Positions 13,268 to 26,285 of a DNA stretch of 64,000 nt are shown here, in pieces. Below the pieces are notes generated by a model that worked only from the letters and a program-made list of their open reading frames with translations, was not told where the DNA came from and searched no databases. The DNA comes from Octopus sinensis (lineage: Eukaryota), in contig NC_043009.1 of assembly GCF_006345805.1 (NCBI RefSeq), forward strand, positions 24,366,001-24,430,000, in the 5' to 3' direction. Position numbers and translations under genes: made by a program. Positions within the stretch are counted from its first letter, which is position 1; every line of letters starts with the position of its first letter.

Positions 13268-13435
13268 TATTTCCACCTGTTTCTTCCCCCTACCGGATGT
13301 GAACTTCTCAGGTCCCCACTTTACCCACATTTTCTGATGCCCAAAGTCTGCGACCAACTTTCCCGTTGCATTTTGAATATAATATCTACTGGTAATCCAG
13401 ATAATTATTGTCCCAAGATGACAGAGTTCTTAGTA
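13268..13435. repeat. Unclassified dispersed repeat, second copy at about 18316-18480
   Basis: atttccacc...ccacattttctgatgcccaaagtctgcg...gataattattgtcccaagatgacagagtt is present at both sites. Confidence 0.85.
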
Positions 13436-14016
13436 CAATTTGTTGAATATCTTCATTACATCTTTGCATTATAACTTGTACAGTTAACGTATTTCTCAGA
13501 GAGATTCAGCTTGACACAGAATGTAACAAACCTGGCCCTTTTGAAATACATGTATAACTAATTTTTGCTAGCTGATGCAACGTGTAATAAAGTGTCCTGC
13601 TCAAGGACACAACGTGGCGCCGTGAAATGAACTCATGACCTTACTATCATGAACCGAAAATCTCTAACCATTAAGCCAGGCGTCTTCAACCAGAAGTGGT
13701 TAATCCAAAAGGCTAATCATGAGATGATGCTACGAAATCATTCCCCAGTAAAACTACTTCGTCAAACTGTAACCGCAGTTCTTTCGTCCACCGATGTTTC
13801 CATTTTTGAAGCATTTCAAAAACTGGTCTCAAAAGTAGGCTTTTTTAATAAACAAGCACCTGCTCAAAACGCAACGAAAGGATTAATCATCTTCTAGAAT
13901 TCTAATATCTATACGACTAGAATAAATAGGCTTGTTTCTGTGTAAGAAATAGACATGTTTATTATGTTAAAAGATGACAGTCGAATCTGAGTTACGCCTC
14001 GGGGCTCGGTTGCTTG

Positions 14017-14069
14017 CGATTCTGATGAATAGCTCAGCTCTGGGCGAAACTTAACTACGGTGTCAATAT
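14017..14069 (+). ncRNA. Candidate type I hammerhead after a probable PLE ORF 3' end (13750-13897)
   Basis: gatt CTGATGA ata gctcag-ct-ctgggc GAAA c..g TC aat. Stem I is only 3 bp. The upstream peptide FEAFQKL..NKQ..KGLIIF* resembles a PLE C-terminus. Confidence 0.5.
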
Positions 14070-14144
14070 ACGATACATGAAGCGTGCACACACACAGGCA
14101 CACACATCCCTATATTGTGTGCACGCGTGTACTTATATATATAT

Positions 14145-14188
<44 letters not shown>

Positions 14189-14189
<1 letters not shown>

Positions 14190-14690
14190 CTTATTATAAA
14201 AGGCAGATTTTATCTGCCTCCCTTTGGGAGTTATACAAATCTACAATATAGGATTTCTTCAATTACAATTTACCTTGCATTTTAAGAGTACAATGCATCA
14301 CGTCATGCCAGGTCCAGTTTTTAAAATTAAACTCCAGTTAAGCAAAATTTACAGAAAACTCACATTCTGGTGTGTGTGTCAAATGCTTTTCTTAGTCTGG
14401 TTTACAGCACACGCAAACGCACACACACAGTGGGCAACGAATAAAATGAAAGTAATTGACTTACTGTAGTGAGTGATTCTTTCACTCTGCCTCCCACTTC
14501 CTCTTTCCACACAGACACGCAAATATATAAATAAAATTGTAAGCTAACGTGCGTGTGTGTGAGTGTGCGTGTGTGGGTGTGCGCGTGTGTGTGTGTGTGA
14601 GGGCGTGTGTGTGTGTGTGTGTGTGTGCGTGTGCGTGAGTGTGTGACAGGAAAGTTTTTTTTACGACGAATATAACACCTATATCCAAGT
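14189..14690 (+). mobile_element. Probable non-autonomous Helitron, 5' portion
   Basis: Begins A|TCTTATTATAAAAGG inside (TA)n, like the Helitron 5' end at 15751. No CTAG 3' end was found. Confidence 0.45.
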
Positions 14691-14699
14691 AGCAGAAAG

Positions 14700-14965
14700 A
14701 TAAGACAGTAAGGTGTGATTTGAGGGAGATTTGGCTGCTATTTCTAGCATGTCTAGCTGCCATGTAGGGGTCTCCCTCATAGGCTCATACATACATATAT
14801 ACATAGATAAGACAGTAAGGTGTGATTTAGGGGAAATTTGGCTGCTATTTCTACCAGGTCTAGCTACCATGTAGAGGTCCCCCTCATTGGCTCATATATA
14901 TATACATACATAAGACAGTAAGGTGTGATTTGAGGGAGATTTGGCTGCTGTTTCTACCAGGTCTG
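14700..14965 (+). repeat. Tandem minisatellite, about 105-bp unit x2.5
   Basis: taagacagtaaggtgtgattt(g/a)...tttggctgct starts at 14701, 14808 and 14911. Confidence 0.92.
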
Positions 14966-15328
14966 TTAGGCCTTCTCATGTAAACTCAAGCTTTCTCATG
15001 CCTTGAACATAAGACCAAAGCAGAGAATGTATTCTTTTATTCTTCTGCTTTTTCCAGCCATTGGTCTGTGGCCATGCTGGGGCAATGCCTTGAAGAATTG
15101 TAGTTTAATGAATCAACTCGTTTTATTTTGTAAGCATTGTACTTATTCTATCTGTTTCCTTTGTCAAACCACTAGGTGACAGGGATGTAAACAAACCAAC
15201 ATTCGTTGTCAAGCAGTGGTGGAGGACAATCACAAGCACAGACACGCACACACACACACATACATGCATACACACACACACACACATACATACATACATA
15301 CATATATATATATGTGTGTATATATATA

Positions 15329-15586
15329 TTGCAGCGTGGAAGGTGTTTGTAAGCCATTTAAGAAACACACAAAAACCGTTACATTCACTTCAACATTTAA
15401 ATTTAATTTGCCAAAATATTTTCGTCGCTTTGAGACCGCGACCTGTTCACTGACAAAAATATCGTGCTAACAGATCGCGGTCTCAAAGCGATGAAAATAT
15501 TTTGACAATTAAATTTAAATGTTGAAGTGAATCTAACGGTTTTTGTGTGTTTCTTAAATGGCTTATAAACACCTTCAACGCTGCAA
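15329..15586. repeat. Inverted repeat, about 120-bp arms with a short spacer
   Basis: ttgcagcgtggaaggtgttt...tttgagaccgcgacctgtt pairs with aacagatcgcggtctcaaa...aaacaccttcaacgctgcaa, with several mismatches. Confidence 0.92.
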
Positions 15587-15750
15587 CTGTTTTCGTTCCA
15601 GCACACGATCTCAGATCAAGTCACTTGCTATGCAAGTACATCTCTGTAACTATATATATATTTATATATATATATATATATGTATATTGGTAAAAACAGT
15701 AAGATAACAAAAGAAAGAAAGAGACTTCAATATTATGTAAATAGAGGAAA

Positions 15751-16143
15751 TCTTTATATATAAAAGCGAGGTTGTGTGTCTGACTCCTACGATTTAGATT
15801 CCTAACTACTCCCACATGTTGCGGTGCAGTTTAACCAAAACCGGGTATCTTATAGTCGTGATTCATATCGAGACCGTCTGGGTATTAGCGCGCGTCTACG
15901 ATGAGTCTACGATTAAAAAAAAAATTACCATCAATTTTTCCCATTTTTAATCCATTTTTGACATATATAAGGGAAGTAACTCTCTAAAATTTATTATTAA
16001 ATCTCAGAACGTAAAAAGCTACAGTAACACCCCTCCCCCTTTGTGGTTAGCCATATTGAGATGGCTATTATACTTTACATCTCTAAAAATGCTTATATAA
16101 TTATTTCCCTTACAAACCCGAGCAACGCCGGGCGATACTGCTA

Positions 16144-16144
<1 letters not shown>
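15751..16144 (+). mobile_element. Complete non-autonomous Helitron (394 bp)
   Basis: 5' TCTTTATATATAAAAG, subterminal hairpin cccg-agcaacgc-cggg and 3' CTAG. Inserted between A (15750) and T (16145) with no TSD. Confidence 0.85.
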
Positions 16145-16182
<38 letters not shown>

Positions 16183-16197
16183 TTTATATATACATGG

Positions 16198-16266
<69 letters not shown>

Positions 16267-16735
16267 CATACATACATACATATAGATATATACATATACA
16301 TATACGTACATGTGTGTGAGTATATATACATATATATATACATATATATAATCTCATTTATTCAGTTGTGTTTCAGAGGCACTTCGTGACCTATTTATCT
16401 GTAGCATCCAAATTAATCTGTATATTTACTTAAATATGTGTTTGTGTGCGTGTGTGTGTATATGTGGGTGTGCGTGCGCGTGTGTGTATGTATATACAAG
16501 GAAAAGCTAGTTAAAATGAGAATGCTTTTATTCTATGAATTAAGTATTCTATGTAATGTAAATAGAGAGAAAAACGTTATCCAAATCGAGAGAGATACGT
16601 TATCAGAGTAAATTTTCTTTTCTCTTTATAATCTATAGTTTTACCGAGAGATTAGTATATTCTGCCCTGATGATGTTGCTCACCTACTGGAGCGAATTAT
16701 AAACCGTAGTGGCAAACCTTCTATGAACAAATTAT

Positions 16736-17282
16736 ATCCTAGACGCACAGACTGTTAGAAGCACATGTAGATCTAACGGTTTGTATATCCTAACTTTTCA
16801 AACCTCTACACAGACGCAAATCATACCCGGCGACAGAGAGGATGCCGGTAAAAAATTTACGAACAAATTTATCAAGCAATATTTAAACATAATCAAATAG
16901 GGTAATAAAATAAATTATTATTACCAGTAATTATTTTATTACCCTATTTGATTATGTTTAAATATTGCTTGATAAATTTGTTCGTAAATTTTTTACCGGC
17001 ATCCTCTCTGTTCGCCGGGTATGATTTGCGTCTGCGCAGAGGTTTGAAAAGTTAGGATATACAATGCTTCTACATGTGCTTCTAACAGTCTGTGTGTCTA
17101 GGATTACGAAGGCTTCCCTCTGAAGAACCTGGCCTGGCAAATATATTCTGTGTGTTTGCTAAAAATAGGTAGAAACCGTTCGGTCTGGGATACAGCTGAG
17201 ATGGTAAATGTTTTTAATTTTCATTCCTTTCAGGAATTTATCCCTTTTTGTGTTCTAGCACTACGCTTCCTTATTTGGAAGT

Positions 17283-17285
<3 letters not shown>
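16736..17285 (+). mobile_element. HHR-bearing element related to the 5090 family, with a 5' inverted segment
   Basis: Shares taacttttcaaa.ctct.c.cagacgcaaa, atttatccctttttgtgttc.agcact and the HHR with 5090-5998. Arms 16736-16913 and 16930-17104 are inverted. Confidence 0.8.
17115..17190 (+). ncRNA. Type I hammerhead ribozyme
   Basis: tccct CTGAAGA acct...aggt a GAAA ccg-tt-cgg TC tggga. GUC triplet at 17183-17185, with one U-U mismatch at the base of stem I. Confidence 0.72.
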
Positions 17286-17324
<39 letters not shown>

Positions 17325-17469
17325 TACACACGCATCCGCCCATACAAGCATGAAAACACACTCAACTACAGACATACATACACTTAATTTCACATGCACA
17401 CACATAAACATAAAAGTATCTGTGTAATGCAAGCGTGTTGTGTGTGTGCGTGTGTGTGTGTGTAATTTT

Positions 17470-17670
17470 TCACTCTTTTACTTGTTTCAGTCATTTGGCT
17501 GCAGTCATGCAGTAGCACAGCTTTTAGTTGAACAGATCGACCCCAGAACTTATTCTTTGTAAGCCTAGTACTTATTCTATCAGTCATTTTGCCGAACTGT
17601 TCAGATACAGAGACGTAAACACAGTAGCATCGGTTGTCAAGCGATGTAAGGGGGACAAACAGACACACAA

Positions 17671-17741
<71 letters not shown>

Positions 17742-17790
17742 AAACGGTCTTCTTTCTGTTTCTGTCTACCAAATCCACACACAAGGCCCG
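17470..17790 (-). mobile_element. SINE family A with an expanded internal (CA)n
   Basis: Reverse complement of the 4473 body and tail. Confidence 0.85.
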
Positions 17791-18937
17791 AGGCTGTAAC
17801 AGAAGGTCCAATTGTGTATACATATATTATTTCTGTATTAATATAGTGTGTTTAGAAGCAGCGCTAAGTTTACTGATACGTTATAATGCGATCAAATAAT
17901 ACGATGGTCTATGGAAATTAAAGCAGAAATGAGCATATATTCTTTATTTACTGACCTAGTTCAAAATGTGCAAATTCGTAGAGTAGCGCTTCTTCTAAAC
18001 ACTGTATAAATAGGGTTTCTGCTCAACAAGCAACGTAGTACTAAATGTCACCATTGAACCCAGTTCTGGAATTCTCTTTGGAAACAATACATGTCTACAC
18101 AATTGGACCTGCTTTTGCACATCTACTTTCACCTACAATTTCAAATCTTTGCCCCAAAAATATCTTTGTCCTCTCTTCAACTGAATGAGGAAAGTCGGAG
18201 ATTTGTCTGTATAATGTATGGAAGACCACTGATCCGCTCAATTTGTTTATTCATTGATTTGTCGGCAAAGATGTGTTTGGTCACGCATAGACATTGTTCT
18301 TTTGGAGATCAGAGATTTCCACCGGTTTCTTCTCCCTACCGGATGTTAACTACCGAGGTCCACACTTTGTCCACATTTTCTGATGCCCAAAGTCTGCGGG
18401 CATCTTTCCTGTTGCATTTTGAATACAACATCTACTGGAAATCCTGATAATTATTGTCCCAAGATGACAGAGTTGTTGAACTTCCTAACAAATCCCTTAT
18501 GGTATTTCTTCTCGAATTTACGAGTTCAAATGTTGCGGAGGTCAAATTGGTATTCTTACTGAATTTGACTAACCCCACCCTTTCCAAATTACTAGTATTG
18601 TGCCTAAATGTGCAACAATTATCTTCATATTGGAAGGAAAGTGGCTTGAACCTTTTGGTTGCCGTGTGTTATACATTTAAATATTTCTAACACTTTAATA
18701 AGCTGTGGTTGATTTTTACCTTTTATATTTTAGTTCACATAATACGTAACAGTTAAGGATTGAGATCGGGTAAATCCTTCTCAGACAGCCCTACCATGCA
18801 TAACTTTTTATGGTACAATGAGAATTTCATTTGATTTCTACATATTGAGCATTTCTGTTTCCTTCAATAAATTTGGTTAAAGCGTTTGTCTTCTTCTCAT
18901 ATGTTGTAATTGATATGTCGACAGGAAGATATTTCTT

Positions 18938-19170
18938 ATTTCTTTATTGCCCACAAGGGACTAAATATAGCGGGGACAAACAAGGACAGACAAAGGGATC
19001 CAGTCGATTAGATCAACCCCAGTGAGTAACTGGTACTTATTTAATCGACGCCGAAAGATAGAAAGGCAAAGTCGACCTCGGCGGAATTTGAACTCAGAAC
19101 GTAGCGGCAGACGAAATACCGCTAAGCATTTCGCCCGGCGTGCTAACATTCTCGGCCAGCTTACCGCCTT
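18938..19170 (-). mobile_element. SINE family D, full length (Nin-domain-like core)
   Basis: The reverse complement reads aaggcggtaagctggc...gagttcaaattccgccgaggtcgactttgcctttc...taagtaccag. Related copies at 26760-26958 (+) and 40815-40960 (-). Confidence 0.85.
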
Positions 19171-22100
19171 CAACAGGGAGATATTTCTGGGGTGATATTC
19201 GATAATGACAAATGGATGATTTCTTAAACGCCGGAGTTGTGTCAATCCACAAGTCTTATTTTGGTGGTCATTTTGTCATAACCTGCAAAATCTTGTTGTC
19301 TGATTCCGTACAATCTTATTCTGCAGAGTATAACATAATATTGGAATAAATCGTTTTATACAAAAAGCCTAAAACTCTAAAATGGTGGTTTATGCACTAC
19401 GTTTATGCTAAGATCCTTCCCATCCACCTATATACGATAAGATTGCTAAGTTTTTCTCTGAATCCACATATTTTCGAGTTATCAGTCACTCCGATTCGTG
19501 GTGTGCTATTGATGTTTTCTGCTACCAGTTCTTTAGTCTTGTAGATAAAAATAAAACGTCTACTTCAGCTTTGAGCCTTGATATTCTTAAACAGTACTGC
19601 ATTTATCTATTTTCTATCCACATCCAATATGTCCATCCCTGTCGGATATTGCTATCGTTGTGGTATTTTTTAGCCGAAGTGTTTGCATGGCAACTGGTAA
19701 TAAATTGTTTGATGCTGTTCTGAGATTTTTAATAATTTCTATTATGCCTTCGTATTCCTCACAGCTGTCTTTCACCTTAGCCATTCTTTTATATTCGTTG
19801 GATTCCCTGAAGACAAAATACATATTAGAGTTGTTCTATGTCTCGTAGCTATTTTTATTACTTTTATTACTCACCAGATATGATCCTACTTCTAGAATCG
19901 ATATTTTTAATAGTTTTCTAACTGTAAAGAAGTACCAAATCTCTGAGTTCGTTGGTGAATATAACATTTTCTTGTTTGCTTTTGGGCGCTATATTCAAAA
20001 TGCAGTTTCTGCTTTATTTTCTTTTATCCCTCTGTACTGTTGATAATGTAATTAACTACTGGTTGGGAATGTTAAACCCGTAACTTATTACAGGAACAGA
20101 AGAGTTTTAGCTGTAATATTGCTTTCTAACCATTTCTTTCATTGGTGTGTGATGTAAACCATTTAGTTCAATAATCCCCAACTCTTTGTAAGTCTGACTA
20201 TTGCTTGACTTTATTACCTCGGTTATGTAATATAGCAATGCTATTACTGTTTTTATCAATTCTTATTTCTGTACTGTTTATATGAAGGAAATTTCTTGCC
20301 AGCCAGTTTCTATATTCAATTGGTGCTTCGTATGTCACAGTGTCCTCAACCACGTGCCCTCTGAACCATACAGTTTGAGGTGCATAATATAAGAGATATA
20401 GTTGATTGGCACTTTATAGCACTTGTATCTGCATGAACGATAGTTGTATTAGCGACTCTCAGACAGAGTGGAAACGTAGATATAGTTTAATAGCGATTTC
20501 CTATTTTCTTTTTACAATTGTCTATTTGAAGAATAGCTTTATTCTTTGAAGAATAGCATTTATTCACTACATTTCTGATATGTATCTTTATTATTAGGGC
20601 ATGTTTAGTTGACTTGTGCACCTATGATTAGAGATCCCTGCCAAAACCATCCATCTGGCAAGTAACTCCTGCAAGGGTTAGGTCTTTCTCCCTCAAAATG
20701 TTCCCTACTCTATTGCTGTTTCACTTTCAGCTGTTTTTCCTAGATTCCGGTATACGTTTTCATGAGTAGAGTGTATGGCTCATGAAAACTCTTCCTTTCC
20801 TTCCATACATCGTTTAAAATTGGTCGAAACAATAAAACATGGAGTGACCAAAACCTGAAGGTTGTCGACACGTTTTATTAAACTATCGTGCATAATGTGT
20901 GACTTGCATCCTGGTGTTTTTTCCCGTGGTACAGCATAAAGTCTTCTTTGATTGAGCCCCAGTACTCCTCTTCCACACTGTCTCTCTTAAACAACTCCGG
21001 GCCTCCACGTAAAACGTTTTCATTGACCATTTGGTCAAGTACAACCAACACTTCACGGACCAAACCTTTCAAATAAAGAAAGACGATAATTCAACTTAAT
21101 ACTAAATCGATTTTGAGCAACTTTTATGGGGTTGTAGCATCGATGATCCCACCCATTGACACAATTTCGTTTTTAGTTTGACATTGAGGCTTCACATCCA
21201 CATTACTTCTTTCAGCAAAATTATTCGGCATTAAAACAGACGAAACAACACCTCACAGACTGTGACATCGCACTCTTTTGCTTTCTATGATCAGACGCGT
21301 CTCATAGATTTTACGGTTGCACAATGCACCTAGAATTCTTATAAAATGAACATTTCTCAGAAGCCTACTACTTTGAAAACTTCCCAGACAATATGCCAAA
21401 GATTTGTACAGATCAGAAACTGCACTTTTGAACGGAGAAATATGGGCCAATCCGTGGAAAGTCTTCTAGATTTACAATCCCTTTTCAAAGGAGATTCTTC
21501 CAAATTTGAAACACTAGTATTGCTCTTGTCGTTAAGTACAACTCATAGCAGTCTTCCTCATCGGCATGTTCAACTATTAGTAAAGTCTACGTAAAAGTTT
21601 TGAAACAAAATTTCACACATGATGCTGTTCTAATTTCTTCAGTGATCAACTCGTGACAAATTGTCAAATATACAAAAGTCATTTATTCTAGTATCTTCCG
21701 TTGCGCGACATGTATTTTATTACATAGAAACCCCATTGTACTTAAAAACAGCACTACAATTGCGACCCGCACTGCGCAAATCGGTACGTTGGTGGAAACA
21801 TTCGTTTTGTTTCTTTTTCATATTTACTTTCTTTTGTCGTTTCTGAAGCCATAATTTTACTTTTCCAAATCATAAGACAATTAAGATTTTCGGAACTGAA
21901 AATATACTCAAATGAAGTTATCTGAAATTAGTTTACAACTCAGAACGACGCAATATGGGAAACCTCGGGTGAATGCCGAGACTGAAAATCAAATCACCGT
22001 AGCTGATATATTAACATGTTACTACTACGAAATTGATTGGAAAAGTTTTAGAATGTGGCTTTGGTGTAAGGGACACGATAATCTGGATGGAAATGTATAT

Positions 22101-22467
22101 GAACTGAGAGAGTTCTATGAGCTGTTCTATAACCACATTTTCTGCTATTCATTAGTATTTATAAAATGCTTAATTAAATCACATTTAATGTTTATAAGAT
22201 GCGAAATTATACCTAATCATACGCTGCAAATAATTCGCATACATTTGGTCAGTGCCAAGTCATAATATGCTTCGCAATTTTAGATGCGAAAGCTTCAACT
22301 GATGAACGCATAAATAAAACTTGAAATGTTATCACAAAGACTAAAACGACATGCTACAAAATAACGCAGCCTCGCTTGGCAACTGAGTTGGATATCAAAA
22401 CAATGTAGCTAACATACTGATCCGTTATTATTGTTCGTGTATTTGGAAAGTGTGATTGCTTCGATAT

Positions 22468-22958
22468 GCATCTGATTGCTTCGTTACAGGAGTGAGCCCG
22501 GTCATTTTTCAGCATAAATTCGTCTTCAAAAAATAGTTAAATTCCATGTTTATTATCGAATACCTTCAATATTTTACACGCACAGTCAGTCACACGCTCA
22601 CACACTCACACATTTACATGTTTAAAAATATATATTTGTGAGTGTATATACATACACACACACGTATATACACACAGAGAAATCATTATATATATTTACG
22701 TATATCTATAAACGTATATATATATATATATATATATATAATGATTTCTCTGTGTGTATATACGTGTGTGTGTATGTATATACACTCACAAATATATATT
22801 TTTAAACATGTAAATGTGTGAGTGTGTGAGCGTGTGACTGACTGTGCGTGTAAAATATTGAAGGTATTCGATAATAAACATGGAATTTAACTATTTTTTG
22901 AAGACGAATTTATGCTGAAAAATGACCGGACTAACTCCTGTAACGCAGCAGTCCGATG
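22468..22958. repeat. Long palindrome centred on (TA)n, about 230-bp arms
   Basis: 22498-22695 appears identical to the reverse complement of about 22733-22929. The outer 30 bp or so are diverged. Confidence 0.92.
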
Positions 22959-22967
22959 CTCACGATA

Positions 22968-23312
22968 ATAACTTCAAACAATAGGTTTCTTTATTTTGGT
23001 TGTTCGGTAGATTTTAAAAAACGTCTAAACAATCATTTTTCCTCTTTTAGGCTCTAACATAAGGCAAGTTGCACAAGATTATCTAGTCAAATTTGGGAAC
23101 TAAAAACAAATAATATAGAATTCCACCTAAAATGTGATATAGTTAGAAGAGCGCAATCTTATAGAAATAGTAGGGATGGTTGTCAACTTTGTTCTATGGA
23201 AACGTATGAAATTTTGAAACATCAGAGTAATACAAATCTGTTGAATAACCGTTTGGAGCTGGGAGAATCTTGTATACATCGTACGACCCGAACGTTTAAA
23301 TACTTTAAATAA
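22968..23312 (+). mobile_element. Penelope-like GIY-YIG endonuclease remnant (one frame, one internal stop)
   Basis: ITSNNRFLYFGCSVDFKKRLNNHFSSFRL*HKASCTRLSSQIWELK..FHLKCDIVRRAQSYRNSRDGCQLCSMETYEILKHQSNTNLLNNRLELGESCIHR. Confidence 0.85.
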
Positions 23313-23356
23313 TAATTTTGTGAATATTCCTAAATTTTTCAAATTTTAATTCTTTA

Positions 23357-23850
23357 TAACCAAATAAGAAGGAATATACCATACTAGCTTTCAATTTAAC
23401 ATTTACAGATGACTAAAATAACTTCACTGCAAACTTAAAATTGAATTCTTCTTTTTTCTAAAATTAAACTTATGAATCTAAATAGTAGGAATACTAAATA
23501 GTATGAATCCCAAATAGTAGGAATACTAAATAGTATGAAACCTAAGTCTCTAAAGAAACTACTCGGTTCATTTTGATTATCTCACTTCCATTCCTTAATA
23601 TATAATTCGTCTAAGATATCTTTACAAAATATATTTAACCAAATAGGAACGAATATACCATACTGGTTTTAGTTTAACACTCATAGATGATTAAAACACT
23701 TCATTGCAAACCTAGAATTAAATTCTTCTTTTTTATAATGTTCTCCAGTACTAAGTAGTATTAATCTTATGTCCCTAGGGAAACTATTTGGTTCATCTTG
23801 ATTATCTCACTCCCATTTCTTAATATATAATTAACCTAAGATATTTTTAC
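23357..23850 (+). repeat. Diverged tandem duplication in the PLE 3' region (starts about 280 bp apart)
   Basis: aaccaaata.gaa.gaatataccatact...ttgattatctcact.ccatt.cttaatatataatt begins at about 23358 and again at about 23637. Confidence 0.8.
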
Positions 23851-24751
23851 CTAACTAATTAACTTTTATCCGAAGGTAGTAAATTTTATTTCCAATAGAT
23901 CCTATGTTTTAATTCATTAATATCAACTCACTATCCATGAAATTTGAATAAGTTACTCCTCTAAATTGCCTCTCTTCATATTATAAAATATCGCCTTCTA
24001 CTAAACCTATGAATATCTTCCTTCTTTGATTTTCCCTCTTCCATCTTTCTTAGTATATATTTTGACCCCTAATATGTTCACTTGATTAATAAGGCTTTAC
24101 CCCCCAGTTAATAAGTACTATGCTTACTCAAAATAAGTGATAGTCTCTTTCTCCAAATTTGAATAAATTTTAGATTTATATTTTTTCCTTTATTCTAACG
24201 TGTCAAAGTACTTGGAACTTATAGACCAACTGTTGTGATGATGTGCATAGGGTTTGTAAGGTCTCTGCATTCTCTGTGAATGGTATTGTGACCAGTTGAC
24301 ATTGAACTAGTTCTCCTAACGCCGAATCTGTTCATCAAATAGTTGTGACAATGCTGTTTTCTACATAAATTCCTTATATGGAGCTATGACGCCCCTCTAC
24401 CCCATTTCTATAATTAGAAAATCTTTACTGTCTCCTTTCATTTGTTCTTCCCTCTCGGAACCTTACAGTAGTCTGGAACAACTGAATCTTAGTCAATCAG
24501 TTGATGGGCTCCACTATCTCAAATGTTCTTAAAATTTAAATCCACATCATTGTCTATGTATCAACCTTCTCTATAATGTTGCCACTTGATATGAAAATTT
24601 TTGTATAAATGGAAAACCCCTATAATTGGCTGATGAGTGCTCAGCATTTTAAAACTGTTGTAATAGTTACAACATTTAATAAAATGATGGAGTACGAAAT
24701 TACCGGAGTCATTCTTGTTGCTTATTTTGATTATATATATATATATATATA

Positions 24752-25052
24752 TGACCACGTGACTGATCAGACCATCAGATGTTGCTACACATCGCTGGTC
24801 ACAATGCGTTCGCATTGTTTTAGCCTTCGTACGACGCCACTCCACTGGCTAAGCGAGCAGGCCAACAGAAGAAAGTGGGAGAAAGAGTGGTGAAAGAGTA
24901 CAGCAGGGATCACCCCCCCGCCTTGCCGGAGCTTCGTGGAGCTTTTAGGTGTTTTCGCTCAATAAACACACACAACGCCCTGTCTGGGAATCGAAACCGC
25001 GATCCTCCGACCGCGAGTCCGCTGCCCTAACCACTAGGCCATTGCGCCTCCA
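24752..25052 (-). mobile_element. SINE family B, full length
   Basis: Reverse-complement head ggaggcgcaatggcctagtggttagggcagcggactcgcggtcggaggatcgcggtttcgattccc, with A and B boxes. Inserted in (TA)n. Confidence 0.9.
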
Positions 25053-25088
25053 CATATATATATATATGTATGTATATATATATATTAT

Positions 25089-25176
<88 letters not shown>

Positions 25177-25215
25177 ATATATATATAATATTATTATATA
25201 TATATATATATATGT

Positions 25216-25255
<40 letters not shown>

Positions 25256-25473
25256 ATATATATATATATCTGTAAAATAGTATGTGACAATTATTCGGTA
25301 GCCAAGATAAAACTCTGGAAACCCACACCACCATCTCTTCCGTTACCTGGCCATATCTTACCGTTTTTACCAATATATATATATATATGTCATTTGACTG
25401 CGGCCATGTTGGAGCACCGCCTTTAGTCGAATGAATCGAACTCAGGACTTACCACACAGCCACTCCTGCACAT

Positions 25474-25523
<50 letters not shown>

Positions 25524-25605
25524 TATACATATACACACATATATATACATATATATACGTATGTATATATACATAAATACATACATACATACATACATAC
25601 ATACA

Positions 25606-25637
<32 letters not shown>

Positions 25638-26242
25638 CATATACATATTCGAAAATCTGTAGCAGGAACCATTTGAAGCTAGCGGCTGCAAAATCCGACC
25701 GAATGATGAATACCTGTCTCTCTGAAAGACGTAGCTATTTTTTCAGAATCTACCGAAAGAAAACTGTAATTCCTGACAATTTCAATCATAGCATGTTAAA
25801 AATTTAACAACTTCTTAATAGGTGACCAGATTAACCGGACACATTGGGGCGGCATCTGTTTCTCCGCTTCCTTTAATTTGTCACCTTCAGAGTTCAAAGA
25901 ACGGTCAAGACCAACTTGACCAATTCTTCAACACTTCTTTGGCTTTGGGATTAGATTTTCTATTTTTGCACCTGATTCGACAAATGATTTTAGAAATATT
26001 GGACATGCTGGACGACATGCAAATGTGTGATCATAAGTGATGGCAAGGAGCTACACGAGAAGGAAATTGCTATAGAGTGTGAGAGGAAATTTAATTGCGT
26101 GTTTGAAGGAAGATGCATTATCATAGCACACGTCATACATAGGCGTTGATGACATTTACATGTATAAGCACAATGCAAGAAAGACTAGATATACAGTTTT
26201 ACACTCACACGTACGTATAATATTATGAACATATATGTATAT

Positions 26243-26285
<43 letters not shown>

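Noticed and set aside
14700-14965. Regularly spaced repeats resembling a CRISPR array
   Set aside because: The whole unit is repeated with no unique spacers, the context is eukaryotic and there are no cas genes.
22284-22340. CTGATGA with GAAA on both sides
   Set aside because: No consistent set of three stems in any HHR topology.
24620-24670. CTGATGA gtgct-c-agcat hairpin
   Set aside because: No GAAA or stem III. Too decayed to call.
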